Shown here: positions 26,140 through 36,869 of the stretch, piece by piece | How positions within the stretch are numbered: position 1 is the first letter of the stretch | How the letters are laid out: the number at the start of each line of letters is the position of its first letter | Source: Octopus bimaculoides | Lineage: Eukaryota | Reading direction: 5' to 3' | Assembly: GCF_001194135.2 (NCBI RefSeq) | Contig: NC_069000.1 | Span: 28,769,355 to 28,832,542 of the forward strand | DNA: 63,188 nucleotides | Made by a program: the position numbers and the translations under genes | The notes under the pieces: model-generated | Databases searched by the model: none | What the model was told of the DNA's origin: nothing | Seen by the model: the letters and a program-made list of their open reading frames with translations, nothing else

Positions 26140-26638
26140 GATGTGTTGCATCAACACACAAGCTTGTGCTACTAGCTCGCTGAGCGCCATCTTTCTCCCA
26201 CCAGGCAACTGCTGCAATCGAATCCCTACGTCGTCAGGGAACCCACTCACAAACGCCAGCCGTGCCGCTCTGTCCAGGCCTTCTCCTGTAAACCCAGCCA
26301 GTATGGCCAGCCTACGCACTTCCGCTGTGTATTCGTCCACCTGTTCTCCCCCCCCCCCATCTAACAGTCTCCAGTTTAACAAAAGCGGCGTACTCGCTCT
26401 CCGTATCTGCCTCTCTCAATCTCTGCTCGATCTTATCTGCACTTATCCTCTCTTCCTCGTCCATCTCTAAATACAGGGTCAGGGTGCTTCCTTCCAAGTA
26501 TAGCGCCATAAGACTCGCCACATCGCTTATCCCTTGCAGTCTCGCCACAAGCCTGATCTTTCGCATCCAGGCCATTACATCTCCCTCACCATTAAAAGGC
26601 CTGATCACGTCGCTGGTGATTCTGATCTTAGCTGCCAT
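26140..26638 (-). pseudogene. gag: Gag (capsid-like) of the LTR element, frame break at an 11-nt G run, truncated before any zinc knuckle
   Basis: ATG at 26638; RPFNGEGDVMAWMRKIRLVARLQ...LYLEG...EQVDEY..EVRRLA...AFVSGFP resembles gypsy gag; homopolymer at 26348-26358. Confidence 0.8.
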
Positions 26639-26657
26639 CACGGCGAAGCTTTACATG

Positions 26658-26673
26658 TGGTGCCGAAATAGCT
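26658..26673 (-). promoter_or_regulatory. Non-canonical primer-binding site candidate, complementary to tRNA-Phe(GAA) nt 1-12
   Basis: Sense strand directly after the 5' LTR reads AGCTATTTCGGC-ACCA; metazoan tRNA-Phe begins GCCGAAATAGCTCAG (from memory). Confidence 0.7.
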
Positions 26674-26965
26674 GGTGGTGTATGCGTGCGAGTAGAAGTA
26701 ATCAGCTTACCTCGGTTTCCATCCTTTGCACGAGTCTGTCCTGCGGTATCCGATCTTCGCAGCTGGCCCGACCCGAAGAACACTAGAAATAGCAGCTGCT
26801 TCTCCCAACACCCAGACGATCGCTTGGCATGTCCTCTCCTCACAACAACCCCATTCGAAAAAGGCAGGAAATCCTAATCGAGGCTCCCTCAGCCCTTCTT
26901 CCTCTTCCAGTCAGCTCGCCGTTCCGGTCAGCGGTCAGCTCCCCAGTTGCTGACATCATACCACA
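26674..26965 (-). repeat. 5' LTR
   Basis: See 3' LTR; begins TGTGGTATG on the minus strand; its inner end reads CC where the 3' LTR has CA. Confidence 0.93.
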
Positions 26966-27529
26966 TTATCAATCCCACAAGGATGAAATGCAGAGTTGAT
27001 CTCTGCAGAATTTGAACTCAGAACATAGAGACAGACAAAATGCCACTAAGGGTGTGTTAATGATTCTGCCAGCTCACTGCCTTAAATAAGTTAATGATAT
27101 TAGTAATTTGAACTTGCATCATAGAACAACTAGTAAAGAAACTTGATCATTATAGGTGCAAGGATAGCTGTGGGATTAGGAAGTTTACTCATCATTCCAG
27201 GTTTGATCCCACTGCGTAGCACCTTAGGTGAGTGTCTTATAATTACCTTTGGCTTGATAAATATTTTATAAGTGGAATTTGGTTGATGATATCTGTGTTG
27301 AAGCCTGTCATGTATGCTTATGTTTGTCTGTGTCTATTTTACAATTGATTGGTGTAAAAAATGTTGTTGTGTCAAAAATGTAGTAACTTAGCCACTTGAT
27401 AAATAAGTGTTAGATTGAAATAAGTAATGGGGTGGTATGATTAACTAAAACCCTTGAAGGTCACATGGTCACAATCCAGTGAGTGAAATCAGATAAAGAA
27501 TTGTTCCATTTTGTCCTTTAATAGGAGAA

Positions 27530-27960
27530 TTAAAGATTTTTGAAAAAGTTTATTTTAGATGAAATTATATGATATTGGATGCAAGAGAGAAGACTGCACT
27601 GGTATGGTCATGTGATGCATATGGATGAGGACAGCTGCATAAAGAAGTGCCTATCTCTAATTGGGGAAGGAACCTGTGGAAAAGTGGTTCCAGGAAGACA
27701 TGAGACAAGGTGGTGAGAGAGGATTGCCAAATATTGGCCTTCGCTGAGTAGATGACAAGAGACTGAGATTTATGGCTTGAGAAGACATGTTAAGCTAAGG
27801 AAAGCTATGGTCATCCATGCATGCAGGAAAGTCCTTTACAGCCCATGCTGGTATAATGTAAAAAGCACTCAAGCTGGTTCCCCATATAAAACACTCATTC
27901 CAGTGCCATATAAACTTCACATAGGAAGCCACATAGAAAACACTCATGCTGGTGCTACAT
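27530..27960 (+). mobile_element. RTE-type LINE 3' remnant
   Basis: MQERRLHWYGHVMHMDEDSCIKKC...RKTWDKVV is a typical RTE ORF2 C-terminus. Confidence 0.7.
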
Positions 27961-27984
27961 TAACAGAGAGTGTAAAAAATTCAA

Positions 27985-30900
27985 ATTAAATGAATTAACC
28001 CCAGATTTGTTCAAATGTTTAATTTTTGTTCAAGGGTTAACTGCAGGAAAAGATGCTGATATATTTTCCCGTATATTAACAAAATTAGAACAGGACCAAA
28101 AATTAACTCTACAGGCAGTGACTGAAGAATGCCAGAGGGTTATAAATTTGAGACATGACGCGGATAAAATTGAAGAAAAAGATTGCTCTCAGATACATGC
28201 ATTTCGACCTGAAGCCGATTAGAAAAGGAAAAACAAATGTCAAGACCAAATCCATGCTATGGGTGTGGAGGCTTACATTTTAGAAGTAGTTGTCCTTTCA
28301 AAATTCATAAATGTTTTGAGTGTGGAAAAATCAGACATAAAAGCTCACACTGTATAGTTAAACACAAAAATGGGTCAAGCAAAAAAAGAAAAAAATTTAG
28401 AAATAATGTATTGTTAAAAAAATTCTAAGTGAGGCTCAGAAAAGAAAATTTGTGTCCATAAAAATAGATAATGTGAATATCAAGTTACAATTAGATATGG
28501 GCAGTGATATCACAAAAACTAATATAGACACATGGAGAAAAATAGGGAAACCTAGATTAAAGGAAACTTCGAAAATTGCATGAGATGAGTCAGGAAAAAA
28601 ATTGCATTTTATGGGCGAAACGATAAGTGATATTTCATTTCGTGGATAAATTTTGAGAGCCAAATTTTTTATGTTGAAAAATACGACAAATTTATTTGGA
28701 ACAGACTGGACGGAAATATTTAACTTATGGGACCTCCCCATAAATTTTTTTTGTCAAAATGTGAATGGCTCTTCCGCCAGTACAAATAAGGCATCAGAGG
28801 ATCTAAAAAAAGAATTAAAAAAAATTTTACCCAAAGTTTTTTCTGAGGAATTGGGTCTTTGCACCAAAACAGAGGCAAAGTTTCAAATGAAAGAAAACAC
28901 TATACTAGTATTTAAACCAAAACGAATGGTACCTTTCGCAGCATTGAAACAAGTCAACAAAGAATTGGATAGACTTGGAAAGCTTGGCTTTATTGAAAAA
29001 ATTGGTTACACAAAATGGGTGTCCCCAACTGTTTATGTCAAGAAAAAAATGATAAAATCCGAGTATGCGCTGATTTTTCAACGAGATTAAATGAATGTTT
29101 GATACCATATAATTACCCACTACCAAACCCTGAGGAAATTTTCGCAAAGTTGAATGGAGGAAAATTTTTTTCAAAGTTGGACCTATCTGAAACATATTTG
29201 CAGGTAAAAGTTAGTGAGGAATGTTCAAAATTATTGACAATAAATGCTCATAAAAGGTTGCAAAAATTTAATTGACACCCCTTTGGTATAAAGGTAGCAC
29301 CTGGCATTTTCTAACAAGTTATAGACATTATGCTTGCAGGTTCAGATTTCGCTACAGCTTACAACACACTCATAAAAAGTGAATCTTGGGGCCAGCATGC
29401 TGAGCATGTTAAAAAGGTCTTTGAAAGAATAAAAGATTATGGGTTTAAGCTCAACGAGGAAAAGTGTGAATTTTTTATGCCATGAATAAAATATCTAGGG
29501 CAGATTATTGATGAAAATGGACGCAGACCAGACCTGTATAGGGCGAGTGCAATAAAAAATATGCCTCTTCCGACAAACATTACAAAGTTACAAGCATTTT
29601 TGAGGCTCGCAAATTACTACCAGATATACATACCAAATATGTATGATTTAAGAGCACTCCTGAATAACTTGTTAAAAAAGATGTTAAGTGGAACAGGTCA
29701 GAAAAATGCCAAAAAGCTTTTGAAGAAATTGAAAATGTCTTAATGTCAGAATTGTTATCACATTTTGACTCAAATTTAGAAATAGTAGTGGCAGCAGATG
29801 CAAGTGAAAGTGGTATCAGAGCTGTGATTTAGTAGCTCATGCTTTGCATTCATTATTGCTGGCTGAGAAAAGTTACAGTCAAAAAGAAGCATTAGCCATC
29901 ATATTTACAGTAAAAAATTTCATAAATTTATACATGGAAGAAGGTTCCGTCTGCAGAGAGACCACTGCCCATTATTGTTGATCTCTGGATCAAAAAAGGG
30001 TATCCCCACACATACAGCCAACAGTTTGCTGCACTGGGGAATGATCCTACTGAATTACTTCAAAATGGAGTATTTGCCATAAAAAAATTGGGACATGCAG
30101 ATGGTTTGTCAAGGTTAATACCAAAATTCATTGAACCACTAGAAGATAGTGATAGTGTGTTAAAAGCCGAAAATGAAATAAAAAATATATTGTGCAATGT
30201 TGTGCATGACATTGGACCTGTGACATTGGAGGAAATAAAAATTAAGGCAGAGACGGATGAGTTTACCATAAAAGTGGAAAAAATAGTGAGATCAGAAGAA
30301 ACAAATAAAAGTATATGCATGACTGGATGTAACACAATTTCAAACTTGTATTTGATATGTGATAATGTGCTTATGTATGCACAGAGAGTCATAATGTCTA
30401 CCTCACTACAAGGTCGAATGTTAAAGGAATTCCACACTGGACATCCAGGAATTTCTAGGATGAAGTTGCTTTTGAGGAGTTATGTTTACTGCCTAAAAAT
30501 GGATCTTGATATTGAGAAGTTGGTAAAATCCTGCAGAGGTTGTGCTCTGGCAGCGAAATCACCACTTATAAAATTTCAGTCTTGGCTCAAGACTGATATT
30601 CCATGGTTCAGACTACAAATAAACTTCACAGGACCATTAAACCGACCATATTATCTAATAGCGGAAGATAGATTTTCAAAATGGCCAGAAATGTGTAAAT
30701 GTAGAAAACTGACACCCACGGTGACAGTGGAATTTCTACAAGAACTTTTTGCTAGGTATGGTGTTCTGGATACCATAGTCTCTGATAATGGTACACAATT
30801 CACGGTGAACAAATTTAAGAATTTTTGAAAGATGTACTCAGTTGAACACATCACCCAAGATCAAACAGGCGAGTGGAAAGCTTCATGGCTACATTTAAAA

Positions 30901-31497
30901 GAGCATTAAAGAAATTAAGAAACAAGCTAGTCAATGACACAGCATCAGCACAGTTCTTGAGGGTTTATAGGATAACACCAAACCCAAGCACTTTTTCAGG
31001 CAAGTCACCAGCAGAACTAATGTTTGCTCGAGAAATAAAGTCAATTTTTAACAAGCTGCTACCAGTAAGAAAAACAAATAAGGAAAACACTAAAAATATG
31101 ACAAACCATTTTAATATCAGTGACAAGGTGTTTTTCAAAATATATATAAAATGGAAGACAAGGTTTGGAAGATGGAGTAGTAACAAAAAGAGTAGGCAAA
31201 ATGACATAAATGATAAGAGGTAACAAATGTGAACACAAAAGACATTTAAACCAGCTAAAAAATAGATATACGGAAAAAGAAAAGAGATACCTGCAGAAGT
31301 GTTCTATGACACCTTTGATGTTCCAAAGCCACAAAAAAATCAAACTTAGGCATAGCAACACAAGAAAGAGAAAACAAACAGAACGGTTGGAAGTAGTGCC
31401 TAAACGGAAGAAATATTAAACTTCCCTAGGAGGAAAATCTCAAAAAGGGAGATGTGATGAAAGAAAAATAAAGAAAAATAATAATATTAACTTCCAA
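27985..31497 (+). mobile_element. Decayed Gypsy element of K02A2.6-like type (gag-PR-RT-RH-INT), 5'-truncated, 3' LTR running into a gap
   Basis: FKCLIFVQGLT gag, knuckles CYGCGGLHFRSSC and CFECGKIRHKSSHC, LQLDMGSD protease, FSKLDLSETYLQV RT, DASESGI RNase H, HTGHPGISRMK...CRGC and SDNGTQF integrase. PPT AAAAAGGGAGA then TGTGATG at 31453. Many stops and frameshifts; YxDD lost near 29360. Confidence 0.9.
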
Positions 31498-33159
31498 NNN
31501 NNNNNNNNNNNNNNNNNNNNNNNNNNNNNNNNNNNNNNNNNNNNNNNNNNNNNNNNNNNNNNNNNNNNNNNNNNNNNNNNNNNNNNNNNNNNNNNNNNNN
31601 NNNNNNNNNNNNNNNNNNNNNNNNNNNNNNNNNNNNNNNNNNNNNNNNNNNNNNNNNNNNNNNNNNNNNNNNNNNNNNNNNNNNNNNNNNNNNNNNNNNN
31701 NNNNNNNNNNNNNNNNNNNNNNNNNNNNNNNNNNNNNNNNNNNNNNNNNNNNNNNNNNNNNNNNNNNNNNNNNNNNNNNNNNNNNNNNNNNNNNNNNNNN
31801 NNNNNNNNNNNNNNNNNNNNNNNNNNNNNNNNNNNNNNNNNNNNNNNNNNNNNNNNNNNNNNNNNNNNNNNNNNNNNNNNNNNNNNNNNNNNNNNNNNNN
31901 NNNNNNNNNNNNNNNNNNNNNNNNNNNNNNNNNNNNNNNNNNNNNNNNNNNNNNNNNNNNNNNNNNNNNNNNNNNNNNNNNNNNNNNNNNNNNNNNNNNN
32001 NNNNNNNNNNNNNNNNNNNNNNNNNNNNNNNNNNNNNNNNNNNNNNNNNNNNNTGTCAATCCAAGAGACTTGCTAATCAAAGATATTCCAGTGAAAGACC
32101 TATTAATCAAAAGCGTTCCATCTGTATCTTTCAGACAGGCATATCATGGACTGCATCATTCAATGGGTCCTTATTTTATGTTATTATGGTGAGGTTTTGT
32201 TGCTATTTCTGGCCAGTCAAGTGTGACTATAAAAAGGTTCCCTTGCTCTCTCAATCAATATGAGTATAATTGTAGTAACATAAAATGTAGGTACCTATTA
32301 ACTGGTACTCCATCAGTTACAATGATAAGGGTTCGAGTTGGTCTGATCAATGGAACAGCCTGCTCGTGAAATTAATGTGCAAGTGGCTGAGCACTCCACA
32401 GTTACACATACCCTTGATATTGTTCTCATTGAGATTTAGAGCATGACACAGACTGGCCCTTTGAATTACAGGTACTAGATACCTATTAAGTTCAATGCAG
32501 GCTATTTTGCTACGTTCTGGTTTCAGTATCTGAAGTGAGTGAATGATAAATCTCATCCTAGCTAAATCAGAAGTCAGTTATAGATAACCCTTACTAGATA
32601 ATCTCATAGTCATTATTGACAAATAACCGAAATGAAGCAATGTAGAAAAGTAAGGGGAAAATATTGAATCTGAGGAAGTTGGTGATGATCAAGATTGGCA
32701 AAAAAGTCAATCAGTAGGAAAGTACAAGATTTATAAAATCTTGATGAAGACTGTAGAAGATAGTATTTTGAGACTTGCCCTTCATCTGAAGATGAAGAAC
32801 AGTGTTATTGTTGTGTAGACCCATGTCAAAACTATTCCTATCATGACCATTTGTTTGTTTTTTATAGCTAAGGCTACATTATCCAAGGTGTACTTTTTTA
32901 TTTATTCTTTTAAACGTTATAAAAATTGTGAAATTATGAAGTTATTTCTAGCAGATTTTAACCAGAGCTTCCCTCATTTAATTGGAGAAAAATATGTCAT
33001 CATTTGAACTGGAAGCAAGTGAACGCTCCCAGCCAAAGCCACAACCACATTTAATTTCTATTCTTCACTCCAAATGAACTTTATCTATCTTGAACTTAAC
33101 TAGTATAGAACAGTTTTTTTTTTTTATCTAAAGAGATGAAATACTGAAAACAAATTTAA

Positions 33160-33371
33160 CCCTTTAGAATTCAGATTACTTGTAATGCTTATTTATTCAC
33201 ATTGTTTTGAATTAATCAAATATTATCTCATGGTTTTGAGGTTTCAATGATGTTATTGTTTACTTTTAGAATGACATGGTAGGGTAAGTGCAAGAGGCTG
33301 GATCTGGCCAGTTTGAACATAAAACAGGTAGAATATTTGGGTCAGATATGGCTGCTTTAAATGCTAAAGGG
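33160..33371. mobile_element. Complete piggyBac-like MITE (212 bp)
   Basis: TTAA|CCCTTTAGAATT...AATGCTAAAGGG|TTAA; same family as 7300-7888. Confidence 0.85.
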
Positions 33372-33491
33372 TTAAACTCATGATCTAAGAGTTGATAATC
33401 CAATATTTTACCCATTTAGACATTTTTTTACTATGACGAAAATAGCTGATGCTTAACTCAGAATTGAGTGTCTTACTGTATCTATTTACAG

Positions 33492-33542
33492 TGTCCAAAT
33501 GAATACATTAAAACACCTGATCCTGAGTTTCGAATAGCATGA
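33492..33542 (+). CDS. Possible terminal coding exon (CPNEYIKTPDPEFRIA*), product unknown
   Basis: T-rich acceptor TATCTATTTACAG, short open frame, no repeat match noticed; no partner exons found. Confidence 0.15.
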   Translation, partial: CPNEYIKTPDPEFRIA

Positions 33543-35134
33543 GAACTCAGGAGAGTTAACAGCAATCCAGTATTGTGTATATATGCATGTTTAAGATGAA
33601 TACGAAGACTGAATTTTTGGCACATTATGCAGAGGAAACCTAGCAATCCATTGGGAAGTTTCAAAGCACAGAAAGGTAATATCTAACAATGTTGCTATGG
33701 GATGCATATCTCAGATCATGGTGAGACATAGATCATCCAGGTGAACCCACTGCACTCCTCTTAATCATCTCGACTATCTTATCACTGGTCCACAAAATGG
33801 GGACAAAACAATGAGGCTGGTGATCCAGTGCAGCCCTCTCTCACTCTAATCCAAGTTTAGTACAGCCACTTCCATAGTTTCATTGCAGGGAAAATTGTAG
33901 TATAGGCAAGGGTAGTCATGAATCTTTAGCTGCCTGTATTATTGCATCCTCTTTTGTTATGGTGGAGTCCAGATCATCTTTGAAACCAAAGGACAAACAA
34001 CAATGTGCAAAATAATGAAATTCATATCTTGTTGTAAAGTACAACCAAAAGACTATGATATAGTTCAACCTGTTTGACAACAAACTGCCTGAAGCTGTCT
34101 CATGTTTTATAACAGAAAAACCTCTAAGTTTAAAGTTTTCATATTTCAGTTGAATTTTTGCATTATACTTTCAAGAAACTTCTATAATATTCTAAAGAGC
34201 AGCTTAATTGACCAGAAAAGACCAATTATTTTATTAAATATTTCTAAGTTCTTGTTTTTTTTCAAAAATTAACTAAAGAACAGAAAGTATATTTTATTAG
34301 AAATATAATCATAAAAGGGTTAACTGATGGCATGAAGTCACAAATTCAGTGCCTTAAAGCAAAACCACTGTGCTTCTAGCATATTCACATTAGTTCTTTT
34401 ACAATCCAACTTCTCCAGTGACCCTATTATAGCTACTGAGTCTCATGAGACACAACAGCTGTAACTGAGTTAGTTACTATTATTCAGAAATGGTTGACTT
34501 CCAGATTAAATGCTCTGCTGTATTTAGTTATGTCCTCTCATGGTCTGAAATCAAATTCTGTCAAAGTTGACTATGCCTTTCATCTCTTGAGATTCCACAA
34601 TAACCAATTAATTTTGTTATTCCCCTCTCCTATGAATTCATGATAATGTGACAATGCAAGAAATTATTATTTCAAAACTTTATGTCCAATGTGTTCTTTT
34701 CTTTTATAAAAAGATCAAGACCAGTAAAATATGAAATGAAATTAAATTACTTTAAAATATTTATAAGAAATATCAGACATCTTAAAATAATGAAAAGTAC
34801 TTGCATTTTTGCCTCCCTATGGTACATGAACAATATATCCTTAATTTTTTAAAAATAACAATTACTATGACAATGTTGTCATGACAATGGAAGTCAATGT
34901 AATTAGCTGTTGGAAGTGACAATGATCTGAATCTAAATTTAAAGATAGGAACAGGATGTAGTATTTTCATGAATGAGAACTGTAAGAGAGTGAGATGTGG
35001 GCTTTGAGTAAATATGGCATTCAAAATTAACAATAAAATCAAAATTTTTATTAAAATATGCATGAAATTGGAATTTTAAAGATATTATCATTTTGATTGA
35101 CTCAAAAAGTCATTTAGAGTTTTGATTATATATA

Positions 35135-36105
35135 TCTTTTACTTGTTTCAGTCACTGCACTGTGGCCATGTTGGAGCATTGCCTGCAGGGATTTTAGTTA
35201 AAGAACTCAACCCCAGTATTTATATTTTTTTAGCCTGGTATTTTTTCTCTTGGTCTCTTTTGCTGAACTGCTAAGTTATGGAGATGTATACAAACCAACA
35301 CTAATTGACAAGTAATGAAGAGGGACAAACACAATGACACCCATAGGTATCTCTCTCTCTCTCTCTCTCTCTCATATACATATATATATANNNNNNNNNN
35401 NNNNNNNNNNNNNNNNNNNNNNNNNNNNNNNNNNNNNNNNNNNNNNNNNNNNNNNNNNNNNNNNNNNNNNNNNNNNNNNNNNNNNNNNNNNNNNNNNNNN
35501 NNNNNNNNNNNNNNNNNNNNNNNNNNNNNNNNNNNNNNNNNNNNNNNNNNNNNNNNNNNNNNNNNNNNNNNNNNNNNNNNNNNNNNNNNNNNNNNNNNNN
35601 NNNNNNNNNNNNNNNNNNNNNNNNNNNNNNNNNNNNNNNNNNNNNNNNNNNNNNNNNNNNNNNNNNNNNNNNNNNNNNNNNNNNNNNNNNNNNNNNNNNN
35701 NNNNNNNNNNNNNNNNNNNNNNNNNNNNNNNNNNNNNNNNNNNNNNNNNNNNNNNNNNNNNNNNNNNNNNNNNNNNNNNNNNNNNNNNNNNNNNNNNNNN
35801 NNNNNNNNNNNNNNNNNNNNNNNNNNNNNNNNNNNNNNNNNNNNNNNNNNNNNNNNNNNNNNNNNNNNNNNNNNNNNNNNNNNNNNNNNNNNNNNNNNNN
35901 NNNNNNNNNNNNNNNNNNNNNNNNNNNNNNNNNNNNNNNNNNNNNNNNNNNNNNNNNNNNNNNNNNNNNNNNNNNNNNNNNNNNNNNNNNNNNNNNNNNN
36001 NNNNNNNNNNNNNNNNNNNNNNNNNNNNNNNNNNNNNNNNNNNNNNNNNNNNNNNNNNNNNNNNNNNNNNNNNNNNNNNNNNNNNNNNNNNNNNNNNNNN
36101 NNNNN

Positions 36106-36150
<45 letters not shown>

Positions 36151-36345
36151 CTGTGTTTGTCCCTCCAACATTGCTTGACAACCGATGCTGGTGTGTTTAC
36201 GTCCGTGTAACTTAGCAGTTTGGCCAAAGAGACCGATAGAAGAATTACTAGGCTTACAAAGAATAAGTCCTGGGGTCGATTTTCTTGACTAAAAGTGGTG
36301 CTCCAGCATAGCTGCAGTCAAATGACTGAAACAAAATAAAAGAAT
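35135..36345. mobile_element. Two oppositely oriented SINE family A 3' halves flanking gap 35391-36105
   Basis: 35135-35390 matches the SINE body on minus and 36106-36345 on plus. Confidence 0.75.
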
Positions 36346-36359
36346 ATATATATATATAT

Positions 36360-36820
36360 ACATCATCATCATCATCCTTTAACATGCATTTTCCATGCTG
36401 GCATGGGCTGGACTGTTTGACCAGAACTGGCAAGCTAGAAAGCTGCACCAGGTTCCAGTCTGATTTGGCTTGCTTTCTATGGCTGGGTGCTCTTCCTAAC
36501 ACCATCCACTTTATAGTGTGTGCTGAGTGTTTTTAACATGGCACTGCACAAGCACTTTTACATGTCACTGGCATGAGTGCTTTTTGCATGGCACAGGCAG
36601 ATGAATCTTGCAGGCCAATACTCTTCACCAGGGGAAGTGGCCTTAACACTTCTGCTGTGAAGGACGGGTTTCCTTGAGTACAGCAAAGTGCCAGGTATCT
36701 CTGTCCTTTGTCATCTTGTCTGAAAGGTTCAGTGTCCTAAGGTTGTCCTTCAGGATCTCATCCCATGTCTTCTTGGGTCTCCCTCTTCCACTTTGAGAGT
36801 TTGGCACTTTTTTATGGAGC
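36360..36820 (-). mobile_element. RTE-tail element
   Basis: GRGRPKKTWDEILKDNLRTLNLSDKMTKDRDTW on minus; (CAT)n tail at 36361-36375. Confidence 0.75.
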
Positions 36821-36869
36821 TGTTGGCATTCATATATAAACAATGAGTTTCTTTCAGTTTCCATCTACT

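Larger units (their letters stand above)
24499..26965 (-). mobile_element. Gypsy-like LTR retrotransposon, internally deleted (gag, RNase H, integrase; no protease or RT)
   Basis: Two 292-bp LTRs, outer TG...CA termini, 5-bp TSD TTATC (24494-24498 and 26966-26970), coding remnants on the minus strand. Confidence 0.93.
24420..27085 (-). mobile_element. SINE family B copy split by the LTR element (halves 24420-24498 and 26966-27085)
   Basis: Removing 24499-26970 restores CTGGTATTTATTTTATC|AATCCCACAAGGATGAAATG...GAATTTGAACTCAGAAC, colinear with 5700-5880. Confidence 0.85.

Noticed and set aside
25417-26175. 252-aa plus-strand ORF inside the LTR element
   Set aside because: It is antisense to RNase H/integrase in GC-rich sequence, has no recognisable motif and starts at a non-ATG codon.
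26658-26668. TGGTGCCGAAA read as a canonical tRNA-Phe PBS on the plus strand
   Set aside because: All ORFs are on the minus strand and the motif would lie before the downstream LTR; the match continues into tRNA nt 8-12 (TAGCT), not into the 3'-end complement (CCCGGG).
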